The notes: generated by a model from the sequence alone, not told the origin. A stretch of 61,684 nucleotides of DNA, filler included, from 5 parts of 5 records of this genome joined end to end with filler, not necessarily neighbours in it, one strand, 5' to 3'; shown: positions 27,888 to 39,392, counted from the whole stretch's first letter. Numbers and translations: made by a program.

Positions 27888-29658
27888 TTACGCGGTTTCT
27901 TTTGGCTTGTCGCGCAATTCACGACGCAGAATTTTACCCACGGGTGTTTTGGGCAAATCGTCACGGAATTCCACGAACGACGGAATTTTGTAACCAGTCA
28001 GGTTTTGGCGGCAGTGCGCAATCAAATCTTCCTTGGTTACGCTTTGGTCTTTTTTCACCACCACCAGCTTTACTTTCTCGCCAGTAACCGGATCAGGCAC
28101 ACCCACAACGCCACATTCCAGCACGCCAGGGTGCTGGGCAACCACGTCTTCAATTTCGTTGGGGAACACGTTGAAGCCCGACACAATGATCATGTCTTTC
28201 TTGCGGTCCACAATTTTTACGAAACCATTTTCGTCCATCGTGCCGATGTCGCCTGTGGCCAACCAGCCATCTTTGTCGATGGTCTTCGCTGTTTCTTCAG
28301 GGCGATTCAGGTAACCCAACATCACCTGCGGGCCACGCACACAAATTTCACCAGGTTCACTCAAGCCGGCCCACAAACCATCGTCACGCTTCAAACGCAC
28401 TTCCGTGCCGGGGATGGGCAAGCCCACGTTGCCGCGGAATGCCGGGCGTTCACTGCCATGCAATGGCGGTACAGTAACCACGGGCGAGGTTTCGGTCATG
28501 CCAAAACCTTCGGAAATGGCGCAACCAGTTACTTTGTACCAGCGCTCGGCGATGGGCTGTTGCAAGGCCATGCCACCACTCATTGCGAATTTCATGTCGG
28601 AAAAATCGCGATTGCAAAATTCTTCGTTGTTCAGGAATGCATTGAACAGGGTGTTCACTGCTGTGATCACATGGAATTTTTCTTTGCGCAGCACTTTCAT
28701 CACTGTGCCCACGTCACGCGGGTTGGCGATCAAAATGTTTCGCGCGCCGAAGGTCATGAACAACATGCAGTTCACGGCCAACGCATAGATGTGATAAAGC
28801 GGCAGCATGGTGACCACGCAGATGGGGTCTTTGCCAATGGCTTCGCTCATCCAGGCCAAGCCCTGTTCCATATTACTCATCAGGTTGCGCTGGGTCAGCA
28901 TGGCGCCCTTCGACACACCGGTGGTTCCACCTGTGTACTGCAGCAAGGCAACATCGTCCAGCGTTGGGCTGGGTTTGGGGTAGGCCACGCCATTGCCTGC
29001 AGCCAGCGCTTTTTTCAAAGGCACAGCCTGTGGCAGATTGTACGCGGGCACCATCTTTTTGACCTTGCGCATCACGAAGTTGATGATCAGGCCTTTCAAG
29101 CCGCCCAACAAGTCGCCCAGCTGCGTGATCACGATGTTCTTGACCTTGGTACCGTCGAGTGACTGTTGCAAGGTGTTGGCAAAGTTCTCGAATACAACAA
29201 TCGTTGTGGCACCAGAATCTTTCAACTGGTGATTCAGTTCACGCACGGTGTACAAGGGGTTTACGTTGGTCAGGGTACAACCCAACTTCATGGCACCCAC
29301 AAAACACACGGGGAACTGCATGCAATTGGGCAACATGATCGCCACCACGTCACCGGCTTTCACGCCAATCGACTTCAAATATCCAGCAAACTGATCAGCA
29401 AGATCATCAAGCTGTTTGTAAGTAAATTCCGTACCTGCCGACACAAATGCAGGGCGATCTGCAAACTTGATCAGGCTTTCCTGAACCAGTTCCAGCATGC
29501 TGTTGTAGCGCAGGGGAGGCATGTCGCCAGACACACCGGGAGGATAACTTTTGGTCCAGTAATGGGACTCGAAAAGTTCTTGTGCTTCTTTACTGACAAA
29601 ACCGTTGAATTGATCGGGCGACACCTTTGGGGTGGCCTCGTCGGGACGTGCTGACATG
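27888..29658 (-). CDS. fadD: long-chain fatty acid--CoA ligase
   Basis: YTGGTTGVSKG AMP-binding motif, GFGMTETSP, GWLATGD, DRKKDMI and GKILRRELR. Confidence 0.92.
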
Positions 29659-29864
29659 TGGCTAATCTCCATGCAAATCAAGGCTGACACGCAGAGGTAC
29701 CGGGGTTTGTTGCTGCCTCCCCGACCAAGCGTATCGCCCTGATTTTTTTATAAGTGTTATATAAGTCTTCAGACAGCCATAACGATATCATCCTTCACTA
29801 GATTTGGGTAAGGAACATGTAAGTTTTCACCCCGAATCAACCACTTAGCGTTCCGGCTTTTTCT

Positions 29865-30650
29865 TCAAAAATACTTCGACTTTCGTTGCGGCGAACTGAA
29901 ATAACTTGCAAGCAGCCCTGTAGCAACCAACCAGTGCAGGCGTGCGCGGTCGGGTCTGCGCCGAACAAACGCTAGTGCGGCACGCCCCAACCTTGCAGCA
30001 ATATTGTGTGGCCAGCGTTCGTGCCGATTCACAAAATATGCCACAGCCAAATCTTCGTTGACCTTTTTCTGAATATTCAGGTGTGGGTTTTCATAGGAAC
30101 AAAAAGGCGAGGTAACGCGCAACACGCTGCCCTGCTGTTCGCGGATAAACCAGGCAGCCCATTCCTGGTCTTCGGCTGAAAATACGTCTTCGCGAAAGCC
30201 GCGTTGCAACAGCAATTGTCGCGGAATCATGGCGCATGAATTGGCAAGCCCGTTGCGCCCGTCGAATACGTGTTGATCAATTTTGTCGTATGCCAATTCA
30301 GTGCCTTTGCGGCAGTAGAACACATCGCACTGCATGGCCTTTGCCTGCTCGAACGCTTGCTCAATTAGCTGCGCACCCAACAAGGCAACATGCGAACTGT
30401 GGATGAGCACATGATCACCCTGCGCTGCTGCAACGCCCAAATGGATGGCACGTGAGTAATTGAAATTGCTGTGCCCGTATTCAACATGAATATCGGCGAG
30501 CGAATTCAGCTGGGCCTGAACTTCTGGTTTGCCGGAAGAATCGACAATGATGATTTCCAAAGGGGACAGAGATTGCGCACGCAGGCACTGGATCGCGCGG
30601 AAAACCAAAGGCGTTGCTTCATGGGCACGAATAATTACCGAATAGGTCAT
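29865..30650 (-). CDS. glycosyltransferase family 2
   Basis: YSVIIRA, EIIIVDS, SSH, FRED..AEDQEW. Confidence 0.85.
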   Translation of the reverse strand: MTYSVIIRAHEATPLVFRAIQCLRAQSLSPLEIIIVDSSGKPEVQAQLNSLADIHVEYGHSNFNYSRAIHLGVAAAQGDHVLIHSSHVALLGAQLIEQAFEQAKAMQCDVFYCRKGTELAYDKIDQHVFDGRNGLANSCAMIPRQLLLQRGFREDVFSAEDQEWAAWFIREQQGSVLRVTSPFCSYENPHLNIQKKVNEDLAVAYFVNRHERWPHNIAARLGRAALAFVRRRPDRARLHWLVATGLLASYFSSPQRKSKYF

Positions 30651-30730
30651 TGATAGTGCAGGCCAACAAATTCAGCCTGTGAAAGTGGTTACCACCAATG
30701 CTAACGACAATGATCCACAGGGGATGACAT

Positions 30731-31735
30731 TCACCCTTCCAGTATTTTCCTGGCCTTCACTTCTGCGCGGGTCAGCACCGGAGTAATGCAGGCATCCACT
30801 TGACCAAAAACCTGCTCCCAGTGGCTTAAGGGGTTTGATGCAATTAACTGCACCATGTCATCGCGCATTTGAACCGCGGCCGGTGTACCGGGCATGGCAC
30901 CGCGGCTCCAGTGAATGTTGATCCATTCCGGTTTGCCCATGGCTTCGCAGGCCACTTTCCAGAACTTGTGTTCAAGTGATCCCACCGCCAAGTGGCGATT
31001 GTCAGAAGTTCGGTACACGTTGTAGCAGGCCAAGCCGCCACTGAGTAAATCGTCTTGATGCTTCGCGGGTTTACCACTGAGCATGACCCACATTTGTTCC
31101 ATGCTCTCGGGCATGATGTTTTGCTTCCACAGGTTGTGTGTCATGGACACATCAACACATGTGCCCTGCCCCGTGCGCTGGGCCTTGATCAAGGCAGCGA
31201 GAATGCACTGTACGGCCGCAGAAGTACCCCCAAACAAATCGCCAAACTGAACAGCTGGTACGGGTATGTCACCCTTGGCGGTTTGCAGACCGTCCAGCAC
31301 ACCACTAAGCGCCATGTAATTGATGTCGTGCCCTGCCTTTTCAGCCAGAAGGCCTTTTTGGCCATAACCCGTGATGCAGCACATTACCAGTTTGGGGTTC
31401 AAGGCTTTCAAGGTGTCGTAACCACAACCCATTTCCGCCATAACACCCGGGCGAAAACCGTCAATCAGCACATCCGCTTTGACGGCATGGTCTTTCAACG
31501 CTTGAATGCCTTCGGGAGTGCGAAAGTCGGCGGTTACAATTTTTTTGCTGCTGTTCAAGGCAGCGTAAAGCATGGGCATGCTTTTGGCGTCGTCCCCATG
31601 CGGCGGCTCCATCTTGATGACTGTTGCGCCCATCTGCTGGAGGGTCAGCGAAGTAGCCGGGCCGGGCAAATTGCGCGAAAGATCCAGAACAACAACGCCT
31701 TGCAGCAGGGACGGATCGGAAACCGGACTGATCAT
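30731..31735 (-). CDS. CaiB/BaiF class III CoA-transferase
   Basis: VLDLSRNLPGP, ADVLIDGFRPGV, GHDINY. Confidence 0.92.
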   Translation of the reverse strand: MISPVSDPSLLQGVVVLDLSRNLPGPATSLTLQQMGATVIKMEPPHGDDAKSMPMLYAALNSSKKIVTADFRTPEGIQALKDHAVKADVLIDGFRPGVMAEMGCGYDTLKALNPKLVMCCITGYGQKGLLAEKAGHDINYMALSGVLDGLQTAKGDIPVPAVQFGDLFGGTSAAVQCILAALIKAQRTGQGTCVDVSMTHNLWKQNIMPESMEQMWVMLSGKPAKHQDDLLSGGLACYNVYRTSDNRHLAVGSLEHKFWKVACEAMGKPEWINIHWSRGAMPGTPAAVQMRDDMVQLIASNPLSHWEQVFGQVDACITPVLTRAEVKARKILEG

Positions 31736-31805
31736 TTGGTATTACCTTGAAAGGAACTTACTGTTAAACATAACCACTTAGATTTTTAGTTGGGCGAATG
31801 AAACC

Positions 31806-32165
31806 ATGCAACCAATGAACAACACAAACCAATCACCGAGAATGGTCAGTGAATTCCCTTCTTCCCAGCGGACAAGGGCGCAATCATTGCCCCTAATTCC
31901 AACCCAGCAAGAATTGTCCTCAAGCAATGCTGGCCCCAGTGTACGAGCACCCAGCCTGCAAAACCTGAACATTCAAAATGTACGCATTCCCAACCTGTCA
32001 ATACGGCACCACGCCAGGGCATCAGGAAACAGCAATCAGGAAGTGAACGCTCATCTGTTTTATTACCCTGACGAGGTTCCACAATCTGGCACTCAAGCCA
32101 GCCGCGCCACGCAGAATCAGCGTTCCCCGGAAACCCCAAGATCCCCTGAACCCCGGCCTTCCTGA
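31806..32165 (+). CDS. low-complexity hypothetical protein
   Basis: 119 aa, S/Q/P/N-rich; overlaps the convergent ORF by ~49 nt. Confidence 0.4.
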   Translation: MQPMNNTNQSPRMVSEFPSSQRTRAQSLPLIPTQQELSSSNAGPSVRAPSLQNLNIQNVRIPNLSIRHHARASGNSNQEVNAHLFYYPDEVPQSGTQASRATQNQRSPETPRSPEPRPS

Positions 32166-33409
32166 AGTTGCTTTAAATACAATTGACGCGCCTTTGGATC
32201 AGTAAAATCCGCCAAGAGCGCGAGCACTTTTTGCGCGTTGTAATACGCCTTGATGGTTAAAAAGTTATTGCACTGCTTAATACCCAGCATGCCAAGGTAT
32301 TTGTAACGGTGCTGCCCAATGAGCACGCTTTTGTCGCTGAACAAAAGGTCAAAACGCGGAGGTTGTAGCTGGCTTGTTCCGTCAAAATGATCATGTACAA
32401 GCGCACGGTTGCGTTGGTTTGTTTTCTGCAAAAACGAGGGTAATAAAAACCGGGGCATTTCACTGCCTGTTGTGCTGGCCAGTGCGTTTTGCATAAACAG
32501 GTTATAAGCACTTCGATTGTCCGCATGTTTTAAAGCGCACAAAGTGTCTTTCAGCATCTGAAGTGCATCGGTGTGGCACGACTGCGAATCGGATTGCCGT
32601 CGGTTTTTCACCAAGCAACTTCTCAACTGGTTTTTTTCCGTCAAATCGATTCTCGCCTGAAATTGCTGCAGAAAATTCTGGAATATGTCCGAGTTATTGG
32701 CCAGCGAATCGAGATTGATCACATCAAAACCAACATTGGTTTGTTGAATGATCATGGGTACAACATGGCCGCGGTAATTGGCGGTATTCACCCATTCTTC
32801 AGGCTGCCTGGCGGGAACAATCAGACCCACTGGCTTTTCATCAGAATTGCTGATTTTTTTGATGATTCCGTCAAGAACACTGTCAGCATCGTGACCATCA
32901 AATGTGCAAAGAATCAAAGCACCATATTTTTTTTCATATAAATCAGCCATCACCAGTTTGGCATGGCCAAGCGGTTTGGGAATGCGCAATTCAATCATTC
33001 GGGAATCTGTCAAAGCCTTGGTGGGCTGATTCACGAAAGGCCAATCAAAAAGCTGCAGCTCGGGACCCAATTCGAGTTTCTTCTCCCGAAGCTGCAAATC
33101 CTCTGCCATTTTATGCAACTGGTCGAGCTGAACAATGCCACCTGACAACACAGTTTTTCTAAGCGCAGTGACTCCACCCGCTACCGATGGCGTGGAATAG
33201 AATGCGCGCCGTGGCAATTGAGTGCCCAATTCAGCAGCCGCTGCTGTTAGGCCATCTCTTCGACGCACTTGGGTATCGAGCGCAGTGAAAGCCTTTCGCA
33301 ACAAATCCAATTGACCACAGCTTGATGTTCTTTGCACTGCAAAATGCCTCAACAAAAAAATCAAATCAAGAATTGACAACCCGCAGGCGCTCGCCCTGCA
33401 CCACTGCAC
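32117..33409 (-). CDS. putative CE-clan cysteine protease/acetyltransferase (YopJ/Ulp1-like); start uncertain
   Basis: Ordered H (GHVVP), D (NLDSL), Q and C (RRQSDSQSCHTDAL), followed by LPSFLQKTNQ. Confidence 0.55.
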   Translation of the reverse strand: MQWCRASACGLSILDLIFLLRHFAVQRTSSCGQLDLLRKAFTALDTQVRRRDGLTAAAAELGTQLPRRAFYSTPSVAGGVTALRKTVLSGGIVQLDQLHKMAEDLQLREKKLELGPELQLFDWPFVNQPTKALTDSRMIELRIPKPLGHAKLVMADLYEKKYGALILCTFDGHDADSVLDGIIKKISNSDEKPVGLIVPARQPEEWVNTANYRGHVVPMIIQQTNVGFDVINLDSLANNSDIFQNFLQQFQARIDLTEKNQLRSCLVKNRRQSDSQSCHTDALQMLKDTLCALKHADNRSAYNLFMQNALASTTGSEMPRFLLPSFLQKTNQRNRALVHDHFDGTSQLQPPRFDLLFSDKSVLIGQHRYKYLGMLGIKQCNNFLTIKAYYNAQKVLALLADFTDPKARQLYLKQLQEGRGSGDLGVSGER

Positions 33410-33907
33410 TATGCGCTACCTCATGGCTAACATTCGGCACGTTAGCACATTCAAAACCCGGTGCGTAGCTCACGGATTCATCGCCAAAGAATTCCTGCGG
33501 CGTGAATTCATCGACCATGATCGCTTCAAGGCTGATGCGATTGGCACGGTCCAGCAGCTTCTTGTCGGCTGCGGTAATGATGCCTTTGGCCAAAGCGGCT
33601 TCTGCCATTTCTTGCACAGAACCCTTGTCCACCAACTTGGATCGGCGCGCCTGAATTAACTTCAATTGCACCACTTCCGCTTCTTGTACGGCCTGAAATG
33701 CGGCCATCAAGCGCTTCACGCCGGTGGTTTGGGCCAGCACTTCATCGCTGTCCAAGTCAGCCAAATTGAACTGGGGCATATACAAGTCGCCCGTAATGCG
33801 AGATTGTTGCGCGCTGCTTTTGGTGATTGTTTTGGCCACGGTGGGCACCAAACGATCAAGACCTGAACCCACCAATGGGTTTACACGCAAACTGAAGTAA
33901 CCCACCG
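33366..33907 (-). CDS. acyl-CoA dehydrogenase (FadE-type) C-terminal part, 5' truncated
   Basis: ALAKGIITAADKKLL...EAIMVDEF resembles the FadE C-terminal (DUF1974) domain. Confidence 0.7.
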
Positions 33908-34007
33908 NNNNNNNNNNNNNNNNNNNNNNNNNNNNNNNNNNNNNNNNNNNNTTAATTAATTAANNNNNNNNNNNNNNNNNNNNNNNNNNNNNNNNNNNNN
34001 NNNNNNN
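33908..34007. other. artificial contig spacer
   Basis: N run with TTAATTAATTAA. Confidence 0.98.
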
Positions 34008-35522
34008 GTATGCAGAGAAGCTGTAGAAATCATCCTGGCCCCAGACTTCTGAGGGGTGATGGTGACACTGGGCGCAACTCAAGCGAATTCCCAGAAAGAG
34101 CTGACTGACAATTGTGGTAAGCTCTTCGGGTTTGCGACGATCGCGGAACATGGTGACCGCACCGTTGTGCCACGTTCCCCCTTGGGCGGTCAGCAATTCA
34201 TACGTGAACTGATCGAGGGGTTTGTTCTGGTGAAACGATTGCCGAATCCAGGCATCATAACTCAAGACGGTCTTGATCCCCACATGATACGGATTGGGTC
34301 GCAGGAGATCGGCCCATTTATTGGCCCAGTGATCGCCGAACTCCGGCTGTTCCAGAAAGTAATCGACCATCCGCTCGCGTTTGTTCGGTGATGGATCCTG
34401 CAGGAACGCCCGGGCTTCTTCCGCTGTCGGCGTGCGACCAATCAGATCGATGGCCACGCGACGAATATAGGTGGCATCATCGACTGGTTCAGAAGGTTTG
34501 AGGCCGTACTTCTTGAGCTTGTCCCACACCAGTCCGTCAATGAAATTATTGCGGGGTAATTTCGCATAGTACTCGTCAGTCACTGTATTGTCTGAAGGAA
34601 CCGTCACATTCAGGGAGGCAAAATTTCCCATGTAGCGGGCCATGATCGAGGCTTCGCCCATCAGCGAACCAGCGGTCACCAGGCCATGCTCATCGACGGA
34701 GACATACACACTTTCGCTCGACATGTATTCGGCGAGGTCCGTCACATCGCGGGTGGAACCATCACTGTAATGCGCGGTTACCACCATCTGCTGTTTTGTT
34801 TTAGGCTGCATGATCCGCTCGGTCGGTTCCGCCGAGATCTTCACGAGCTTCGGTGCCTCCGCGACGGCACGCGTGGCGCCTTCCGCGATCCACTGTTCCA
34901 TGATCTTGTAGTATTTGCTGTCTTCCAGCAATTTTTTACCACCGCCGTGCGGAATCTTGCCGGCCCCTTTGAGCAGAACCAGGCTCTGATCGGGAGCCAG
35001 GGGAGAAGCACGGCGTCCCCGTGATTCCTTCGTTAATGCACCGTAATCAAACTCGGGATCGAAGGCAAACATCGACAATTGAAATCCGCCCTGACCACGT
35101 TGTTTTCCATGACAGGAACCGCTGTTACAGCTGAACCGCGAAAACAGTGGATGCACATCGCGTTCAAAATCGATCAGCGTCTGCTTGTCGAAATCTTTGA
35201 CTTCGACGGGCACTTTGATTTTTACAGCGCCATCGGTAACCGTCACCGTCGCTGTTCCGTTCGCGACGGGTTCAATCACGCCGGCTGCATTCACCTGAAC
35301 CACAGCGGGTTGATCCGAATGATACTGCACTTCGCGTGTCCGGTCGCTACTCTGTTTATTATTGAGGCCGGTCACCAGTAACTGCTGTCGTGCGCGCTTG
35401 CCCGTCAGTTGTATTTTTTCGGGATAGACCGTCACAGTTTGCTGCGAAGTCTCAGCGGCCCGCACAGAAACGGCGGAACACAGCAGCAGGCAGACTAGAC
35501 AATGATAGAGTAGAGATTTCAT
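34008..35522 (-). CDS. planctomycete DUF1549/DUF1553 (PSD1/PSCyt2) protein with Ig-like domains, 3' truncated
   Basis: CNSGSCHG, NNFIDGLV, RRVAIDLIGRTPT, WANKWADLLR, FLGIRLSCAQCHHHP. Confidence 0.9.
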
Positions 35523-35834
35523 CTCGTTGTTCTATCCCAATTCAAAAGGAAGGAGACGCAATGCGGTTTTGGCGGTAAACAGTGCTACGAGGAAAGTATA
35601 GGCAGGGCTGCAGGCACATTATAAAAGCAACTCGTGAGCACTCGTCGTTGCGCTTCCTCGTGCCTGCAAATATATATTGTCTCTTATATTTCCTAATCGT
35701 CAACTATCATTTAACAACTTTATTTATGAAACACGTCTTAGGATACCTTCTCTGAGTGGCAAAAACTACCCCATATCACAGAAAACGGGTCGTTTGTACA
35801 TATCGCAGGTATTGAAGATCGACGGTTATCCGGC

Positions 35835-36377
35835 TTACGCCATTTTTTCCAGCTCTGATTTGACGTAACCGATGCGGTCGGTGATGGCATAATTTTCATT
35901 CCAGGGCTGAGGGAACAGAATTGCCTGTCCGCCATGCTCCCGGAACAGGTCGACGTTCTTATGCTGATCGTCAATCAGTACCACATCCGGTTTTGCCAGC
36001 AGATATTTTTGTGTGCCGATCATAAAGTCCATGAACAGGGGTTCTTGAAAATGCTGCCTGAGCCATTCGACTTTCGCCGAAGCACAGGCGGCACTGCGAC
36101 TGGGGGACGTGCTGATCGTCATCGGCGCTGTCTGTTTCAACAGCGCCAGCAATTCGTCCAGCCACGGGTAGGGAGGAAACTCCGACCAGAAGCGACCGCC
36201 GACAGAATCGACGGGTTTCCAGAATTCATCTTTCGTCATTCCCAGTACGCCTGCGTAGTTACGTTCACCGGGAGGCCACTGTTCCAGCAGGTGCCCCTGA
36301 TTGTGTAACTCCAGTATGGCACCCATAAAATCGGAAATGACGCCATCCATGTCCAGTAAAATATGTCGCACAGCCAT
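35835..36377 (-). CDS. HAD-family 5'(3')-deoxyribonucleotidase (NT5C-like)
   Basis: LLDMDGVISDF, KVEWL, VLIDD, QPWN. Confidence 0.85.
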   Translation of the reverse strand: MAVRHILLDMDGVISDFMGAILELHNQGHLLEQWPPGERNYAGVLGMTKDEFWKPVDSVGGRFWSEFPPYPWLDELLALLKQTAPMTISTSPSRSAACASAKVEWLRQHFQEPLFMDFMIGTQKYLLAKPDVVLIDDQHKNVDLFREHGGQAILFPQPWNENYAITDRIGYVKSELEKMA

Positions 36378-36487
36378 GCTGATTTTTCACTCCGGGAAGA
36401 AACTTTGATGATAAAACGGTATGATTACCCTTTGAGCATATAATAAACTGAAACTGACAACCATCGTCACACTGTCTGAATTTAATT

Positions 36488-37336
36488 GTGGTAAAACCTA
36501 TGACCAACTGGATTCCGCTGGGAAACGCATATGAAATTTCTCCCGGCACGCGTAAAGCCTATACCGTCCAAGGAACCGAGATCGCCGTCTTCCATGTCGC
36601 TGAGGGAGATCAGCCGGGCACCTTTTACGCTATCGACAATTCCTGCCCGCATCAGGGTGCATCCCTGATTGAAGGCGAAGGTTGTGGCACGGAAGTCACC
36701 TGTCCCCTGCATGACTGGAACTTTGATGTCGCAACCGGGGAATGTCATGACTTTCCTGATTTTTCATTGACCCGCTTTGAACTCAAAATCGAGTCGGGCG
36801 TGTTGATGGTCGATGGTGCCGCGTTCGGCGAGCCGGGACCACCCCAGAACCTGTTTCTGGTTCGCTACGGTGCCATGGGCTGGGTCGATCACTTTTCCGC
36901 AGAGCCCGAAGACGATTATCCGCACCGTACTGCCGTTCTGATTGAAACCAGCCGCGGCGAAGAAGTCGGCGAGATTCTTTCCGCCGCGGGTCAGCTGGAA
37001 AAGCAGCCGACTGCCGCCGGTTCCATCGTCCGTGAATTCACCTCCGCCGACCAGTCGACACTCTCCGGCCAGGAAGATGTGACAGCGCGTGTTTTTCAGG
37101 ACTGCCAGACCCTGATTCAGGAACGGGGCATGCCGACCGAAATCATCGATTGCGAACAACTGTTTGATCAGCAGACCGTCGTGCTGTATTATCTGGGAAG
37201 CCGCATGCCGGCGCTGGAAATACTGGCACAGGAACTCAATGCCAACTACGCCTGGCGGATTGTGTTTCATCCGGTTGATGAAGCGCCTGCCGCCTCAGGC
37301 TGTTCCAGTGGCGGTTGTGGCTGTGATGAAAAGTAA
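36488..37336 (+). CDS. Rieske [2Fe-2S] ferredoxin fused to a PSP1/RicT-like domain
   Basis: Rieske boxes CPHQG...CPLHDW, then IETSRGEEVGEIL, EQLFD.Q.VVLYY and a GCSSGGCGC tail. Confidence 0.8.
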   Translation: MVKPMTNWIPLGNAYEISPGTRKAYTVQGTEIAVFHVAEGDQPGTFYAIDNSCPHQGASLIEGEGCGTEVTCPLHDWNFDVATGECHDFPDFSLTRFELKIESGVLMVDGAAFGEPGPPQNLFLVRYGAMGWVDHFSAEPEDDYPHRTAVLIETSRGEEVGEILSAAGQLEKQPTAAGSIVREFTSADQSTLSGQEDVTARVFQDCQTLIQERGMPTEIIDCEQLFDQQTVVLYYLGSRMPALEILAQELNANYAWRIVFHPVDEAPAASGCSSGGCGCDEK

Positions 37337-37395
37337 ACAACCTGCCTGAAGAACTCCCCCCACAATTTGTTCCAACACAGAAAACGGAAGACATC

Positions 37396-37966
37396 ATGAG
37401 CAACCCCATCAATCGCCGTTCTTTTCTGGGTACCTCACTGGCGGCGACCAGCCTGGGCCTGGCTGCTGCCGACTCTGTCACCGCCGCCGATCAGAAATCA
37501 GCCAAACCGGCGGCAACACAAAAGCCGATTCAAAACGAAGTCATTCTGCACGCCCGCCAGGTCGCACTTGATATTCTCAAGCCCAGCGCGAAACAGCTGG
37601 AACATGGCCTGGAACTGCATGCGGAATCACTGGTCTTCGATTCGTACGGCTTTGCACCCCGCGCTGCCGTCGATGGAGACCGCCTGGCGGAAGCGATCAA
37701 CAATCATGCGTCAACCGCAGAAATTCAGGACCTGCGGGAAGACATGTCAATGACCCGCTGTGTGACCGATCCTGCCGAGCAGCGTGAATTCAAAGAAGCC
37801 TTCGATGCTTCCGGCGTGACCTGTATCTTTCAAAACGCGGGCGAAGAAGGGCAGGACCCCATGCGACTGATGAAGCGACTGGCCCGCTTCACCTTTACCA
37901 CCGATATGCTTGCCGACTTTGTTTCCAAAGCAGTCACACCGGAAGACATCGTTCAAGCCAAACAGG
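37396..37966 (+). CDS. Tat-exported protein, probable membrane dipeptidase (M19), 3' truncated
   Basis: Tat motif NRRSFL; LHAESLVFDSY, ASGVTCIFQNAG, KAVTPEDIVQAK. Confidence 0.7.
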
Positions 37967-38066
37967 NNNNNNNNNNNNNNNNNNNNNNNNNNNNNNNNNN
38001 NNNNNNNNNNTTAATTAATTAANNNNNNNNNNNNNNNNNNNNNNNNNNNNNNNNNNNNNNNNNNNN
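37967..38066. other. artificial contig spacer
   Basis: N run with TTAATTAATTAA. Confidence 0.98.
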
Positions 38067-38067
38067 A

Positions 38068-39369
38068 TGGGGCGAATGGAAAGGCTGGGAACGTGGAATT
38101 ACTCACGTTGACATGATTTCTCCTCGTGTAAAAACTTTAGAAGCTATGCAATTGGCATGGAGTCCTTCTACCAATGGAAAAGATGTAACTGGCGATGTAG
38201 TAACAATCCCTAATGTGGCTAACGAAGCTGAGTTCAAAACTTGGTTAAAAGGCATCAAAGGTAAGTTCGTAATGATTGATTTGGCACAGTTTACTGGTCG
38301 TCCTGATTATAACTGGGAGAAAAACGGCACTGAGCTTTCTATTGAAAACATGAAGAAAGACAGAGCTGAAGAATCAAGAGCTTGGTCACAAAGAATAAGA
38401 AACACAGGCTTAACGTCTCGTACCTTGCCTGCCGCTTTAGAAGAAGCTGGTGCAGCTGGTATTTTGATTTCTAACTGGTCAAGAGGTTTTGGTGCTAACA
38501 AAATTTTTGGTGCTGCTACGAAGACAATCCCTACTGTGGATATAGGGTTAGAAGATTACGGAACACTTTTCAGAATGGTTGAGCACGGTGATACTCCAAA
38601 AATCACTGTAAAAACTACAGGAAAAGATTTAGGCATGGTGCCAACTTTCAATACAGTAGCAGAAATTAAAGGTTCTGAATTACCTAACGAATATGTATTG
38701 CTTTCGGCACACTTCGATTCATGGGATGGTGGAACTGGAGCAACTGACAACGGAAGTGGTACATTAGTAATGATGGAAGCCATGAGAATTTTGAAGAAAA
38801 TTTACCCTAACCCAAAAAGAACAATCCTAGTAGGCCATTGGGGTAGCGAAGAGCAAGGTTTGAATGGTTCTAGTTCATTTGTTCAAGATCACCCAGAAAT
38901 CATCAAAGGGCTTCAAGCCTCTTTCAACCAAGATAACGGTACAGGTAGAGTTGTAAACATTAGCGGACAAGGTTTCCTACACGCATATGAATTCATCAAC
39001 AGATGGTTAGCTCCAGTACCTAGCGCCATTAGAAGAGAAATTAACACTACTTTCCCTGGTACTCCTAGTGGTGGTGGTTCTGATTACGCTTCTTTCTTAG
39101 CCGCTGGTGCCCCTGGATTTAGCTTAAGTTCTACTAGCTGGGATTATGGCTCTTACACTTGGCACACGAACAAGGATACTTATGACAAATTAGTATTCGA
39201 GGATATCAGAAACAATGCTATTCTTACTGCTATCATGACTTACATGGCTTCTGAAGATGCTGAGTTCTTCCCAAGAGATCAAAGTGTATTGCCTATGAAC
39301 CCAAGAAGCGGCCAGCCAATGACTTGGCCAACCCCAAGAAACCCAAATAGAAAAGGTGGAGGAGAGTAA
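38068..39369 (+). CDS. M28 family metallopeptidase, 5' truncated
   Basis: SAHFDSWD, GATDNGSG, SEEQGLNGS, SDYASF, WHT..DTYD; frame open from the contig start. Confidence 0.92.
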   Translation, partial: WGEWKGWERGITHVDMISPRVKTLEAMQLAWSPSTNGKDVTGDVVTIPNVANEAEFKTWLKGIKGKFVMIDLAQFTGRPDYNWEKNGTELSIENMKKDRAEESRAWSQRIRNTGLTSRTLPAALEEAGAAGILISNWSRGFGANKIFGAATKTIPTVDIGLEDYGTLFRMVEHGDTPKITVKTTGKDLGMVPTFNTVAEIKGSELPNEYVLLSAHFDSWDGGTGATDNGSGTLVMMEAMRILKKIYPNPKRTILVGHWGSEEQGLNGSSSFVQDHPEIIKGLQASFNQDNGTGRVVNISGQGFLHAYEFINRWLAPVPSAIRREINTTFPGTPSGGGSDYASFLAAGAPGFSLSSTSWDYGSYTWHTNKDTYDKLVFEDIRNNAILTAIMTYMASEDAEFFPRDQSVLPMNPRSGQPMTWPTPRNPNRKGGGE

Positions 39370-39392
39370 TTCTCAAATGGTTTACAAAATTG

